Part shown: one piece after another, positions 27,420 to 38,315 of the stretch
Numbering within the stretch: the first letter of the stretch is position 1
How the letters are laid out: each line of letters opens with the position of its first letter
Assembly: GCA_965209155.1 (NCBI GenBank)
Contig: OZ242383.1
Coordinates: forward strand, 1,024,001-1,088,000
Origin: a bacterium
GTDB lineage: Bacteria > SAR324 > NAC60-12
Reading direction: 5' to 3'
Length of the DNA: 64,000 nucleotides
Position numbers and translations under genes: made by a program
The notes under the pieces: model-generated
The model's database searches: none
What the model was told of the DNA's origin: nothing
Seen by the model: only the letters and a program-made list of their open reading frames with translations

Positions 27420-28172
27420 TTAACCCGGAGGGGTTTGCAGTTCTTTCTGAAGACGAGGCCAAATCAAGTTCGGCATTGCTCCATGAGTGTCACATGGAAC
27501 CAAGGTCGGTTGAATCCCAAGGCGCATTTTGGTAAATTCCGCAAATTCCCCGGGATTCCCCTTTTGGTCGCTTAATCCATAAAAAATTGCTTGTTCCACC
27601 AATTGGCGCACTCCGGGATTCAATCTGCGACGTCCGATACTGGGAGGAGTGGGATCGATGAAGATCAATTGATGCGTTATTTCCGCATATTTAGAATGTT
27701 CTTGTAAAAATCGCAAAATCGCCTCACCGCCCAAAGAATAACCCAAAAGCACTATTTTTTGTTTTTCTGGTCGAATAGCGAACTGGTACAAATGAACCAA
27801 CTGAGACAAGTATATGGGAATCGACGTTTCCGGAGGGGTATTGAGCTTTTCGGCATGAGGATTTAAAATGATCAGTCCCATATTTTCAGGCAAATATCGA
27901 AAAAAAGGCGCCATCGTCGTCTTGGCCAATAATTCGTTTCGACGGTTGCTTTCTTCCAGCAACGAATATGCCCAAACCCCAGCAACTTCAGGCCAGCCCG
28001 AACAAATAATTACTATTTTTTCGGCATTTTCATAATCCCGAGAAACCGGTAATTTTGCGGTACTTTTGGGAGGAACAATGTATTCAATCCATCCTTCCGC
28101 TTCCAATTCATGGAGAACCTGTTCCGCTTTTCCGTTCAAATCCTCCAAATTCCATGCTTCTGAAAACAACAT
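27420..28172 (-). CDS. Alpha/beta-hydrolase-fold protein, Arb2/FAM172-like
   Basis: GYSLGG nucleophile elbow; AGVWA, TMAPF and GLIILNP segments. Confidence 0.6.
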   Translation of the reverse strand: MLFSEAWNLEDLNGKAEQVLHELEAEGWIEYIVPPKSTAKLPVSRDYENAEKIVIICSGWPEVAGVWAYSLLEESNRRNELLAKTTMAPFFRYLPENMGLIILNPHAEKLNTPPETSIPIYLSQLVHLYQFAIRPEKQKIVLLGYSLGGEAILRFLQEHSKYAEITHQLIFIDPTPPSIGRRRLNPGVRQLVEQAIFYGLSDQKGNPGEFAEFTKMRLGIQPTLVPCDTHGAMPNLIWPRLQKELQTPPG

Positions 28173-28200
28173 GACGATCTTTTAATCGGCTAAAACTCGC

Positions 28201-28959
28201 TTAAAACAGAACTTGAGGTTTTACTGTTTCCAATGCTTCCTGAATTGCCAGGCGGAAGTGTTCCCGATTGGGAAAACCTCCAGTGGTATACTCCGCTTCC
28301 GTGTATTGTTGCTGGTATTCTCTTTTTTTATTGACCATTTTCAATTGTTCCTGGTCCTCTTTTTTTCCCAATGATTTCATTCTGAAAACATACTGGATTT
28401 CCATAATCGACTCATGAATCCGCAACAAACAAACCACGAAATCCAAAGCTGCATATTCTCTTGAATCGGGGGGAACCAGCTTGACTTCCGTAAACTTTTG
28501 CTTCGATTTTTCATATTTTTTTTGAAAACGAAATTGGCTTTCGAAGGTTTGAATAAAACTCTGCAACATGGGTAAGAGTTTCAATTTGACGTCGATTTTC
28601 CCTTGAGAATAAATACTTTCTCCACCATATAAAAGAAACAGACTCCCGCTTTTGTCTGTAATTTGATAGTCAGTTGCCAATTCAAACGTCCAGTTGAATA
28701 CTTTTTCCTCCTCCGGATCAAAATCAATATTTTCAGCTAATACCCGAGACTGAAGCTCAGTCCATGCCTGCGGTTCTTTTGCTTTGATTTTTTTAAAGAC
28801 CCCGTAGGCCAATAAGAGCTGAAGTTCTTGACAAGAAGTCGCTTTGTTTTCCGAATTCTTGACACGTAAGGATCCATTCAAGATAGCTCCTTGTTCCCAT
28901 TCTTCACCTGCTACGTTCAGGTGATATTCAAGTGGATGCTGAAAAAAGAACCCTTTCAT
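28201..28959 (-). CDS. Hypothetical protein (possibly arrestin/Spo0M-like beta fold)
   Basis: 252-aa ORF co-oriented with its neighbours; fold guess from beta-rich pattern only. Confidence 0.6.
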   Translation of the reverse strand: MKGFFFQHPLEYHLNVAGEEWEQGAILNGSLRVKNSENKATSCQELQLLLAYGVFKKIKAKEPQAWTELQSRVLAENIDFDPEEEKVFNWTFELATDYQITDKSGSLFLLYGGESIYSQGKIDVKLKLLPMLQSFIQTFESQFRFQKKYEKSKQKFTEVKLVPPDSREYAALDFVVCLLRIHESIMEIQYVFRMKSLGKKEDQEQLKMVNKKREYQQQYTEAEYTTGGFPNREHFRLAIQEALETVKPQVLF

Positions 28960-29216
28960 GACAAAATACTATTTGAATCGTTGACAGACAGGCGGAAGGC
29001 CCAATGCGGGGCAAGCCGTATTTTACCGATTTGATGGGTTCTTCCACGTCCGTGAACTGCAGGGATACCAATTTAAGTGGAGTATAGAAATTAAAAATTG
29101 AATTGAAAGGATATGCGAGTACCGGCCATAACGGGGATGGTGAACCAGTGAGGATGTAAAGCGGGATAAAGGGTCTTTATTCCGTCTTAGTTTTTGATTC
29201 AATATCTTGTATTCAT

Positions 29217-29935
29217 CTACCAACGGAGTTTCTTCAGAAATCGTTTGAATACACTTTCTTCAGCCTGAGATTGTTGGTCTTCGGAGCTTTCTTGTTCTTG
29301 CTCTGTAACAACTTGGGAAGCCGTGTCTTCCGAATCCTCTTTATCCGGCACTGCTTCAACCTGTTCGGTCAGGTCTTGCGCATCCTCTTTTTCCTGCACT
29401 GCTTCAACTTGTGAGCGTTCTTCACGGGTCTCCAATGTTGCTTCAGAAATTTTATCTTCCGTAATTCCTTGATCTGTCTCAGTGGAAAGTTGTTGGCTCA
29501 CTTCCGACAAGATCGTATCGCTTGATTTTGCTTGTTGTGGGGTAGATTTCTTTTTGCGTGTCGAGAGAAGGTCATTGGGTCCATCAAGCAGTTGCACAAT
29601 TGCCATTTGCGCTCCATCTCCCAATCGTCGGTTTGCGATTTTGATAATTCTGGAATAGCCCCCGTTTCTTTCTTCATATCTCTCGGCTAATTCACCAAAT
29701 AAAGTTGACATGGCTGTCTTGGATTTGACAAACTTCAGAGCCTGTCGGCGAGCATGAAGATCACCTCGTTTTCCTAATGTAATCATTTTATCGAGGGGCT
29801 TTCTCAACTGTTTGGCGCGGGTCAGAGTACAAGTAATTTGTTCGTTTTCCAAGAGGGAAGTGACTAAATTTCTCATCATGGCCCGACGATGAGCAGTAGT
29901 TACTCCAAGCGTTTACCTGCTTTCAAATGACGCAT
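29217..29935 (-). CDS. rplQ: 50S ribosomal protein L17 with long acidic C-terminal extension (1-nt frameshift near 29910, likely sequencing error)
   Basis: MRHLKAGKR / [19 protein letters not shown]...[10 protein letters not shown]; the two frames join if one base is added. Confidence 0.93.
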
Positions 29936-29968
29936 AGCAATTCGATGATATTCTGTTGAAAATAAAGC

Positions 29969-30978
29969 TCAACTGGCTATATTATTTTCAAAAGGGTTAT
30001 TTGCGGGATCAAAATTTTCCAGTTTCATTCCCAAGGATAATTCCATTGATAACAAAATCGCTTTAATTTCATTCAATGATTTCCGGCCAAAGTTTTTTGT
30101 TTTCAGCATTTCTTGCTCGGTTTTCTGCACCAGGTCTCCTATTGTTTCGATCTTTGCATTTTGTAAACAATTGATCGAACGTACGGATAGTTCCAATTCG
30201 CTGACACTTCGGTATAAATTTTCATTATATACGTGTATTTCCATAGGTGGATCCGGGTCTGGTTCGACCGCCTTTTCATCGAAATTGATAAAAATTTCCA
30301 AGTGTTCTTTCAAGATTTTGGCTGCAAAGGCAATCGCATCTTCTGGTTTAACCGACCCATTACTCCAGAGTTCAAAAATCAATCTATCGTATTCGGTCTG
30401 CTGTCCCACCCGGGCATTTTGAATTTCATAGTTGATTCGTGTTACAGGTGAGTGATTGGAATCCAAATAAATGACGTTGATCGGTAACTCATCTGATTGA
30501 TTCTCCTCGGAAGTGACATAACCTTTATTTTGTCGAACGTAGAGAATCATGCTCAATTTGGCATCTTCGTTCAAAGTGGCAATCTTCAAGTCGGGATTCA
30601 AGACCTCTGCTTTATTGAAGGTAGCAATATCTCCAGCAGTCAATGTACAATCGCCTTCTCCAATCAACTCCAATTCAATGATTCCTTCTTCAAATTGTTT
30701 CAATTCGAGTTCTTTGAGATTGAGGATGATTTGTACGACATCTTCGACAACGCCAGGGATGTGGGAGAATTCATGAGAAACTCCCTCAATCTGGACGGCA
30801 AACACGGCGCTACCCCAAATCGACGACAATAGAATCCGACGTAACGCATGTCCGATTGTTCCACCATATCCCGGCTCCAAGGGTTCAACTATAAATTTTG
30901 CGTATGACTGCTAAAAGTTTTAGGTTCGACTTTAAGACGTTTGGGTTTAGCGATTGCTGTCCAATTTTTTGCGTACAT
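29969..30978 (-). CDS. rpoA: RNA polymerase alpha subunit (1-nt frameshift near 30908, likely sequencing error)
   Basis: [17 protein letters not shown]... then [42 protein letters not shown]...[10 protein letters not shown]. Confidence 0.95.
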
Positions 30979-30997
30979 CTCTATTTCCACACTTGAT

Positions 30998-31384
30998 TTA
31001 GATTCTACGTTGTTTGGGGGGACGACATCCGTTATGAGGAATAGGGGTCACGTCTCGAATACTTGTCACGGTAATTCCTTCTGAGCCAATTGCTCTCAAA
31101 GCCGATTCACGTCCAGCCCCGGGTCCTTTGATATAAACTTCAACTTCTTTCATACCAAATTCTTGCGCTTTACGAGTAGCGTCTTCAGCGGTTATCTTTG
31201 CTGCGAAAGGAGTGTTTTTACGCGATCCTTTAAAGTTGTGTAATCCGGTACTCGACCATGCAATCACGTTCCCTTGGGGGTCAGTCACGCTGATGATGGT
31301 ATTGTTGAATGAAGCCTTAATATGTACTATGCCTTTTTCTACAATCTTTTTTTCTTTCTTTCGAATTGTTTTTTTGGGGGCCAT
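30998..31384 (-). CDS. rpsK: 30S ribosomal protein S11
   Basis: [27 protein letters not shown]. Confidence 0.98.
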   Translation of the reverse strand: MAPKKTIRKKEKKIVEKGIVHIKASFNNTIISVTDPQGNVIAWSSTGLHNFKGSRKNTPFAAKITAEDATRKAQEFGMKEVEVYIKGPGAGRESALRAIGSEGITVTSIRDVTPIPHNGCRPPKQRRI

Positions 31385-31408
31385 TGTTTTATTCCGAAGA
31401 GAGATCCG

Positions 31409-31777
31409 TCATTTTTTTCTTTTTCCAACAATACGCCGTGGCCCTTTGCGGGTTCTGGCATTGGTCTTGGTTCGCTGTCCGCGTGCTGGCAATCCTCGTC
31501 GATGACGCAGACCTCGATAATTTCCCAGATCCATTAAGCGCTTGACATTCAAACTGAATTCCCGTCTCAAATCTCCTTCAACCCGGTATTCATTCTCAAT
31601 CAAAATACGAATCCTGTTGACTTCTTCATCTGATAATCCTTGCACTTTCGTGTCTTTATCAATATCGGTTTTTCGCAAGATTTCGTTGGCAGTGGGGCGA
31701 CCAATTCCATAAATGTAAGTCAAAGCGATTTCCACCCTCTTCCTATTGGGCAAATCAATACCCGCAATTCTTGCCAC
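31409..31777 (-). CDS. rpsM: 30S ribosomal protein S13
   Basis: [32 protein letters not shown]. Confidence 0.98.
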   Translation of the reverse strand: MARIAGIDLPNRKRVEIALTYIYGIGRPTANEILRKTDIDKDTKVQGLSDEEVNRIRILIENEYRVEGDLRREFSLNVKRLMDLGNYRGLRHRRGLPARGQRTKTNARTRKGPRRIVGKRKK

Positions 31778-31795
31778 GTCTCACTCCTCTCTGCG

Positions 31796-31909
31796 TTATC
31801 CTTGTCGCTGTTTGTGTTTAGGATTTTCACAAATCATCATTAAAACGCCATACCGCCTGATTACTTTGCACTTTTCACACATTTTTTTAACTGATGAACG
31901 TACTTTCAT
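31796..31909 (-). CDS. rpmJ: 50S ribosomal protein L36 (Zn-binding type)
   Basis: Manual translation [37 protein letters not shown]. Confidence 0.95.
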   Translation of the reverse strand: MKVRSSVKKMCEKCKVIRRYGVLMMICENPKHKQRQG

Positions 31910-31937
31910 TTTATTCTCTTGGAAAACTTGAAAAAAA

Positions 31938-33269
31938 CTATATACGTAATCTTCTTGCGCTCACCTGACGTCTTCTGCTTTTTCGCATGAACCCATCATA
32001 ATTACGATTCAACAGGAAATTCTCAATTTGGTTGACCGTGTCTAGAGCGACCCCTACAACAATCAGCAAGGCGGTACCGCCGAAATTAAAAGGGATTCCC
32101 ATATTGAGCAACAGAATGCTTGGCAAAACGCAAATCGCAGTAAGGTATAAACCTCCGCCAAAGGTCAGACGTGTTAAGACGGCATTGATATATTCCGCTG
32201 TTTTCTTGCCAGGACGGATTCCTGGAATGTAACCCCCATAACGTTTCATTTCATCTGCAATTTTTACTGGATTGTATTGAATCGCCGTATAAAAAAAGCA
32301 GAAAAAGAAAATCATGATTCCAAACAAAAAGGAATAGAATAAGCGCCCGGGGATCAGTTGATTACCAATCGCTTGCACCCAGGGAATGGCGATGAAACCA
32401 GTGATGGTTGCCGGAAAAGCCAATATCGAGGAAGCAAATATAGGAGGTATTACGCCTGCAGAATTTATCTTCAGAGGAAGATTGGAAGACTGCCCACCGT
32501 ACATTTTGTTTCCCTGAACTTGTTTGGCATATTGGACCGGAATTCGACGATAGGCGGTTTCCATGAAAATGACGCAAAACAGGACAACAATCATCAAAAC
32601 CACAATGAGAGCCAACACTAATTCAGACAACTGTCCGCTTTGGATCAATTGTATCGAATTGATTACCGCCCCAGGCATGTCGACGATTATACCGGCAAAG
32701 ATCAACAAGGAGATTCCGTTCCCGATACCTCTTTCATTGATCTGCTCCCCCATCCACATTAAAAACGTGGTGCCGGCGGTCAAGGTCAATACGGTCAATG
32801 CTCGAAATCCCCAGACATTCATAGTCGAAATAACGACCGGTGAGCCATCGGGAGCTGCCATGCTCTGAATGCCCACTGCAATTCCAAAAGACTGAATCAC
32901 GCTCAAAACAATCGTGCCGTAACGGGTATAGGTCGTAATTTTTTTGCGACCCGCTTCTCCTTCTTTTGAGAGTCGTTCTAAATATGGAAAAACGACGGTG
33001 AGCAATTGAATGATGATGGAAGCACTGATATATGGCATCACCCCGAGGGCAAAGATCGTCAAACGTCCCAACGCTCCCCCTGTGAACATGTCGAAAAAAC
33101 CCAGTATCGAACCAGCTTGAGCATCGAAAAATTTGCTGAGTGCTTCACCATCGATTCCCGGAGTGGGAATATGGGCGCCGATTCGAAAAATGATCAACAT
33201 CATGATCGTAAACAAGATCCTCTCTCTGAGTTCTTCTATCCTGAATATATTTTGAATGATCGACCACAT
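31938..33269 (-). CDS. secY: Preprotein translocase SecY
   Basis: [41 protein letters not shown]. Confidence 0.98.
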   Translation of the reverse strand: MWSIIQNIFRIEELRERILFTIMMLIIFRIGAHIPTPGIDGEALSKFFDAQAGSILGFFDMFTGGALGRLTIFALGVMPYISASIIIQLLTVVFPYLERLSKEGEAGRKKITTYTRYGTIVLSVIQSFGIAVGIQSMAAPDGSPVVISTMNVWGFRALTVLTLTAGTTFLMWMGEQINERGIGNGISLLIFAGIIVDMPGAVINSIQLIQSGQLSELVLALIVVLMIVVLFCVIFMETAYRRIPVQYAKQVQGNKMYGGQSSNLPLKINSAGVIPPIFASSILAFPATITGFIAIPWVQAIGNQLIPGRLFYSFLFGIMIFFFCFFYTAIQYNPVKIADEMKRYGGYIPGIRPGKKTAEYINAVLTRLTFGGGLYLTAICVLPSILLLNMGIPFNFGGTALLIVVGVALDTVNQIENFLLNRNYDGFMRKSRRRQVSARRLRI

Positions 33270-33274
33270 AACTC

Positions 33275-33730
33275 TTATTTACTCGGCAAGACTACTTCTC
33301 CACCCACGGCTCTCACTTTTTCCACCGCAGTTCGACTGGCTTTATCCACTTCGATTTTCACTGCTTTTGAAAGTTTGCCCTTCGCTAATAATTTGACAGG
33401 ACGATTCGAAGTGCGAATGATATTTTTTGATCTCAACATTTCTTTTGTTACCACGTCTCCAGCATCCAAAAGGTCTGTTTTTTCCAACGATTCGAGATTT
33501 ACCACCAAGTATTCGGTTCTGAATATATTCGTGAACCCAAACTTGGGCAATCGACGATGTAATGGCATTTGCCCGCCTTCAAACCCATGGCGTTTCTTGG
33601 AACCTGAACGGGATTTGTAACCTTTTTGTCCTCGACCACAAGTCTTACCCTGTCCACTACCCGGCCCCCGGCCTACCCGCCTCCGTCGTTTTGTTGCGCC
33701 ATCTCGTTTTTGCAAATTAGAAAGTCTCAT
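33275..33730 (-). CDS. rplO: 50S ribosomal protein L15
   Basis: RVGRGPGSG.GKT.GRG.KG, FEGGQMPL.RRLPK.GF. Confidence 0.98.
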   Translation of the reverse strand: MRLSNLQKRDGATKRRRRVGRGPGSGQGKTCGRGQKGYKSRSGSKKRHGFEGGQMPLHRRLPKFGFTNIFRTEYLVVNLESLEKTDLLDAGDVVTKEMLRSKNIIRTSNRPVKLLAKGKLSKAVKIEVDKASRTAVEKVRAVGGEVVLPSK

Positions 33731-33756
33731 GGCATGAATCTTCGCAATACTGTAAA

Positions 33757-33936
33757 TTAAACTTCTTCAATGACCACCAAGTGCTGTACCTTACGGACCA
33801 TTCCCCGGATGCATGCGGTATTTTCATGAATCCGTTCCTGGTTGATCCGTCCCAATCCCAATCCCTTCAGATTGGCTTTATGCTGATTTTTCTGTTTCAT
33901 GGCACTGCGAATTTGCCTGACTTTGATTTTGGACAT
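33757..33936 (-). CDS. rpmD: 50S ribosomal protein L30
   Basis: Manual translation MSKIKVRQIRSA...LKGLGLGRINQ...IRGMVRKVQHLVVIEEV*; lies between rpsE and rplO. Confidence 0.93.
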   Translation of the reverse strand: MSKIKVRQIRSAMKQKNQHKANLKGLGLGRINQERIHENTACIRGMVRKVQHLVVIEEV

Positions 33937-33951
33937 TAACAGTTCTGAATT

Positions 33952-34452
33952 TTAAGATGACAATTGGTCTCCGGATGTATTGCGCCGTTTTGCGATTTCC
34001 TCAAAGGATTGCAAGCTTACTAAAGCGTTGAAAGTTGCACGGACCAGATTGTGTGGATTTCGTGATCCTAAGCATTTAACGCTGATATCGTGAATGCCAA
34101 CTGCTTCCAGAATGGATCGAACTGGTCCGGCAGCAATAACACCATGCCCTTTTTTAGCAGGTCGCATGAATACCTTCCCTGCCCCAAATTGTCCAATCAC
34201 TCCATGAGGAATCGTTGTTCCCGTGAAGGAAATTGGAGCCATGGCTTTAGTAGCCTGACTTATGCTTTTTCGAATGGCTTCCGTCACTTCTCCTGCTTTA
34301 CCCATTCCAAATCCGACCCGGCCATTTCCATCTCCGACAACCACCAAAGCACTGAAGCTGAATCGTCGACCACCTTTCACCACTTTGGCAACCCGATTAA
34401 CCCGGATGACCTTTTCGATGAATTCGCTTTTTTCTGCTGCCTTTTCTGCCAA
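33952..34452 (-). CDS. rpsE: 30S ribosomal protein S5
   Basis: NRVAKVVKGGRRFSFSALVVVGD. Confidence 0.98.
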   Translation of the reverse strand: MAEKAAEKSEFIEKVIRVNRVAKVVKGGRRFSFSALVVVGDGNGRVGFGMGKAGEVTEAIRKSISQATKAMAPISFTGTTIPHGVIGQFGAGKVFMRPAKKGHGVIAAGPVRSILEAVGIHDISVKCLGSRNPHNLVRATFNALVSLQSFEEIAKRRNTSGDQLSS

Positions 34453-34481
34453 AAGAGCTCCTTTTCGTATGCTGATTGAAT

Positions 34482-34853
34482 TCAGAATTTCAAACCACCT
34501 TCGCGTGCTCCTTCCGCAAGGGCTTTGACACGACCATGATAAAGAAATCCACCCCGATCAAAAACGACCAGGGAAATTGATTTTTGCAGGAGTCGTTCAG
34601 CAATTTTCTTTCCAACAAGGCTGGCGGCCTCTTTATTTCCGCTATATCCTTGGATGGAATTTTTCATTTCCTTTTCTGTCGTTCCCGCCGAAGCCAACGT
34701 TGTCTGGGTTTGGTCATCAATCGCTTGAGCATAAATATGTCGAGATGAACGAAATACTGCCAGACGGGGACGCTCACTCGTACCGGAGATTTTTCGTCGA
34801 ACCCTGCTTTGACGTTGTTTGCGGGCAATCAATCGCTGCGCTGTTTTCTTCAT
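34482..34853 (-). CDS. rplR: 50S ribosomal protein L18
   Basis: [26 protein letters not shown]. Confidence 0.98.
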   Translation of the reverse strand: MKKTAQRLIARKQRQSRVRRKISGTSERPRLAVFRSSRHIYAQAIDDQTQTTLASAGTTEKEMKNSIQGYSGNKEAASLVGKKIAERLLQKSISLVVFDRGGFLYHGRVKALAEGAREGGLKF

Positions 34854-34889
34854 GAAAGTCTTTTTACTTTCCTCATCGTGAATGCTGTT

Positions 34890-35432
34890 TTAAACTTTAG
34901 CTGATTTTCCTGCCTTTCTGCGGATATATTCCCCTTCAAATAAAATGCCTTTTCCCTTATAAGGTTCGGGGGAACGAAACACTCGGATGTTTGCCGCAAC
35001 CTGTCCCACCAATTGTTTGTCGCAACTTTCCAGTATAATCCTGTTATTTGCTTCAACTGTAGCTTTGACTCCCTCAGGCAAAGTAAAGTGGATGGGGTGC
35101 GAATAACCCAAATTCAATTCGAGTCGATTTGCAGAAACAGAAGCACGATAGCCTACTCCAACTAAATTCAATTGTTTTTGAAATCCCTGGGTCACGCCCG
35201 TGACCATATTTTTAATCAGGGATTGAGTGGTTCCCATCAACGCTTTTGCCTTTTTGTCATTTTCGTAGTCGGACAGTACGATTAACGTCTGATCCTGAAT
35301 ATCCAATTCAACGAGCTCCGGGACCACGAAATGCAGGGTCCCCTTGGGACCTTTGACAACAAGCTTCCTGTTTTCATAGGAAAGGGTGATATTGCTTGCA
35401 ATGGCTATTGGGCGTTTGCCTATTCTGGACAT
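34890..35432 (-). CDS. rplF: 50S ribosomal protein L6
   Basis: MSRIGKRPI, PEPYKGKGI. Confidence 0.98.
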   Translation of the reverse strand: MSRIGKRPIAIASNITLSYENRKLVVKGPKGTLHFVVPELVELDIQDQTLIVLSDYENDKKAKALMGTTQSLIKNMVTGVTQGFQKQLNLVGVGYRASVSANRLELNLGYSHPIHFTLPEGVKATVEANNRIILESCDKQLVGQVAANIRVFRSPEPYKGKGILFEGEYIRRKAGKSAKV

Positions 35433-35465
35433 CTTTTTAAATCTGCGTAATTCGATCTTTTCAAT

Positions 35466-35864
35466 TTACCAAACATGACAAAGTATCTCTCCTCCGGTAT
35501 TTTTTTCACGACACTCTTTGTCAGATAACACTCCTCTGGAAGTGGTTAAGATAGCAATCCCTTGACCTCCTAAAACGGGTTTAATATCAGCAACTTTCAA
35601 ATGGACTCGGCGTCCGGGTTTGCTGATACGCCGGATGGTTCGGATTGTGCATTCACCCGATTCAGTGTATTTCAAATGAACCACTATTTGTGATTGCGCC
35701 TGCTCTTCTTTGATCTCCCATTTTTCAATAAAGCCCTCTTTTTCAAGCACTTCCACGATTTGTCGTTTGATTATTGAATGAGGGATGCGAACAGAAGGAT
35801 ATTGTCTCATTGTCGCATTGCGTATACGAGTACACAAATCTGCTATCGGATCGGAGATAAACAT
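35466..35864 (-). CDS. rpsH: 30S ribosomal protein S8
   Basis: DPIADLCTRIRNA, SKPGRR, GIAILTTSRG. Confidence 0.98.
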   Translation of the reverse strand: MFISDPIADLCTRIRNATMRQYPSVRIPHSIIKRQIVEVLEKEGFIEKWEIKEEQAQSQIVVHLKYTESGECTIRTIRRISKPGRRVHLKVADIKPVLGGQGIAILTTSRGVLSDKECREKNTGGEILCHVW

Positions 35865-35890
35865 GAGTTTTTCTCAATGAAGACGAATAA

Positions 35891-36076
35891 CTACCAACTT
35901 GATTTGGTTACACCGGGAATCAATCCAAAACCTGCTTTGTCCCGGAAACAAAGGCGACACATACCAAATTTCCGGAGATATCCGCGTGAGCGACCACAAA
36001 AGGAACAACGGTTATATCCCCGTACTTTGAATTTTTGTCTTCTTGATGCTTTGTGGATGAGTGATAGTTTTGCCAT
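35891..36076 (-). CDS. rpsN: 30S ribosomal protein S14 (type Z, Zn-binding)
   Basis: RCSFCGR...CRLCFR...PGVTKSSW; 61 aa. Confidence 0.96.
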   Translation of the reverse strand: MAKLSLIHKASRRQKFKVRGYNRCSFCGRSRGYLRKFGMCRLCFRDKAGFGLIPGVTKSSW

Positions 36077-36092
36077 ATTTGCCCACAATGGA

Positions 36093-36632
36093 TTAATTAC
36101 GAAAAGGAAATCCTAAACCTTCCAACAAAGCTCGTGCTTCTTCATTTTTGGAAGTCGAAGTGACAATCGTGATATTCATTCCGCGTACTTTGTCAATTTT
36201 GTCATAATTGATTTCAGGAAATATCAGTTGTTCCCGAACGCCAAGCGTGTAGTTCCCCGCACCATCGAATGCTCTTGGAGACAGTCCACGAAAATCACGA
36301 ACACGTGGAAGGGCTACTGTCAATAAGCGGTCTAAAAAATCCCACATGCGTATTGAACGCAAAGAAACCATGCAACCAATCTGCACCCCTTCTCTCAATT
36401 TGAAACTCGCAACAGACTTTTTTGCACGAGTCACCACGGCCTTTTGACCAGCAATCAGACTCAATTGATCCACAGCTGCCTCTATAATCTTGGGATTTTG
36501 GATCGCTTCCCCCAATCCCATATTGAGGACTACTTTTTTGATAGTTGGAACTTGATGTACGTTTTTAAGAGCAAACTGTGATTTTAAATTGGGAACCAAC
36601 GTTTCTTTATATTTTGTAAATAGCTGACTCAC
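36093..36632 (-). CDS. rplE: 50S ribosomal protein L5
   Basis: [23 protein letters not shown]; probable GTG start at 36632. Confidence 0.97.
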   Translation of the reverse strand: MSQLFTKYKETLVPNLKSQFALKNVHQVPTIKKVVLNMGLGEAIQNPKIIEAAVDQLSLIAGQKAVVTRAKKSVASFKLREGVQIGCMVSLRSIRMWDFLDRLLTVALPRVRDFRGLSPRAFDGAGNYTLGVREQLIFPEINYDKIDKVRGMNITIVTSTSKNEEARALLEGLGFPFRN

Positions 36633-36640
36633 AACCCATC

Positions 36641-36973
36641 TCACTCAATAATGTTGGAACATTTGATACAGAGGCGCTTCTTTACTTTCGGAGTGGTTCG
36701 ATCCATCCTGACTCGAACTCCTCTTTCACACACATTGCAATACAATAAAACATTTGAATAGTGAACCGGTGCCTCCGAGACTGAAATCTGTCCCTGCTGA
36801 TTTTGTTGATTGGGTTTATTGTGGTGATGAACTTTATTGGCTCCTTCTACCAAAATTCGAGAACCCCTCCAATCGACTTTCAGAACTTTTCCTTGATAAT
36901 CTTTATCTTTACCGGAAATTACCTGGACGGTGTCTCCCACACGAATCGCTCCACGGTTTGTTTTTTTTTTCAT
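36641..36973 (-). CDS. rplX: 50S ribosomal protein L24
   Basis: [15 protein letters not shown] motif; EAPVHYSNV. Confidence 0.96.
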   Translation of the reverse strand: MKKKTNRGAIRVGDTVQVISGKDKDYQGKVLKVDWRGSRILVEGANKVHHHNKPNQQNQQGQISVSEAPVHYSNVLLYCNVCERGVRVRMDRTTPKVKKRLCIKCSNIIE

Positions 36974-37000
36974 GGCACGGATGCTCTCTGAATTGATGCG

Positions 37001-37369
37001 TTATAAAACCTCAGGTGCCAGAGAAACAATTTTCATGAACTTTCCAATTCTCAATTCACGGGCCACTGGACCAAAAATACGGGAACCCACCGGCTCCCTT
37101 TTATTGTCCACAATCACGGCTGCGTTTTTGTCAAACTTGATATACGTACCATCAGTGCGGCGAATTTCTTTATTGGTCCTCACTATCACCGCTCTGACGA
37201 TTTCTCCCGATTTGACACGTGAATTGGGCAAAGCAGCTTTTACGGAGGCAACGACAATATCCCCCACACCGGCGTAGCGCCTCTTCGTTCCACCCAACAC
37301 TTTAATGCACATCAATCGTTTCGCACCAGAATTATCCGCTACTTCGAGTATACTTTGCATTTGGATCAT
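37001..37369 (-). CDS. rplN: 50S ribosomal protein L14
   Basis: [28 protein letters not shown]. Confidence 0.98.
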   Translation of the reverse strand: MIQMQSILEVADNSGAKRLMCIKVLGGTKRRYAGVGDIVVASVKAALPNSRVKSGEIVRAVIVRTNKEIRRTDGTYIKFDKNAAVIVDNKREPVGSRIFGPVARELRIGKFMKIVSLAPEVL

Positions 37370-37400
37370 GGTTTCTCCTTGAACTCATCCCTTGCGGAAT

Positions 37401-37652
37401 CTATGCGGATTTCAAAACTTCCGCAACTCGCCAGGTTTTCCGGGCGCTGATTGGTTTGCATTCAATGATCTGCACGACATCTCCTATCTTACAAGCGTTG
37501 TGCTCATCGTGCGCCATATATTTCTTGGACCGTTTCACTATTTTTTTATACAAAGGATGTTTGACGGTCCTGTCGACGCGCACTACGACTGATTTTTCCA
37601 TTTGATCACTGATGACAATTCCTGTTCGTGCTTTTTTGTTTTTCCTGTTCAT
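37401..37652 (-). CDS. rpsQ: 30S ribosomal protein S17
   Basis: HPLYKK, AHDEHN..GDVV.I.ECKPIS. Confidence 0.97.
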   Translation of the reverse strand: MNRKNKKARTGIVISDQMEKSVVVRVDRTVKHPLYKKIVKRSKKYMAHDEHNACKIGDVVQIIECKPISARKTWRVAEVLKSA

Positions 37653-37714
37653 CAAAACTTCTTTGATCTGCTATGACAAAAGAGACCTGTATCTTGTTTT
37701 TGCTGCTGTTATGC

Positions 37715-37900
37715 TCATTTCTTTTCATTGATGATTGTCTTCACACGGGCAATGTCGCGTCTTCCTTGACGCAATAACCTCACATTGGGAAGCTGAGCAA
37801 TGACTTGATTGCAACGACGACGGAGTTGCTCTTCTTGTATCTCGAGCAGCTTATTTTCCAATTCATCCACAGACATCGCCCGTAATTCCGCCACTTTCAT
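37715..37900 (-). CDS. rpmC: 50S ribosomal protein L29
   Basis: MKVAELR...RRDIARVKT; lies after rplP. Confidence 0.93.
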   Translation of the reverse strand: MKVAELRAMSVDELENKLLEIQEEQLRRRCNQVIAQLPNVRLLRQGRRDIARVKTIINEKK

Positions 37901-38313
37901 GCAATCAATCCTCGTTTCGTAATTTGAGTTTGTACCGAGAGCTTGAATCCTGCCGAACGCAAGGCGTCTTCTGCAACCTCCGGTTCAATTCCGTCGACCT
38001 CGTATAATATGCGTCCGGGTTTGATTACGGAGACCCACGCTTCTACAGCCCCCTTTCCTTTTCCCATTCGTGTTTCTGCAGGTCGATTTGTAATCGGTTT
38101 GTCCGGAAAAATTCGGATCCAAATCTTTCCTCCACGCTTCAGCTTCCTGGTTATGCTTCGACGAGCCGCCTCGATCTGACGTGACGTGATATATCCGCAG
38201 CTCGTGGCTTGTAAGCCGAGTGATCCGAACTGTACTTCATTGCCAGAATTGGCAGCGCCAGCCATCCTGCCTCGCATTTTTTTTCGAAACTTCGTTTTTT
38301 TGGGCATCAACAT
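37897..38313 (-). CDS. rplP: 50S ribosomal protein L16
   Basis: [23 protein letters not shown]. Confidence 0.98.
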   Translation of the reverse strand: MLMPKKTKFRKKMRGRMAGAANSGNEVQFGSLGLQATSCGYITSRQIEAARRSITRKLKRGGKIWIRIFPDKPITNRPAETRMGKGKGAVEAWVSVIKPGRILYEVDGIEPEVAEDALRSAGFKLSVQTQITKRGLIA

Positions 38314-38315
38314 AA

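Noticed and set aside
28965..29215. Possible ncRNA (6S or SRP) after rplQ
   Set aside because: Some GC-rich stems, but no SRP GGAA-loop motif or 6S-like closing helix that I could confirm; needs an Rfam scan.
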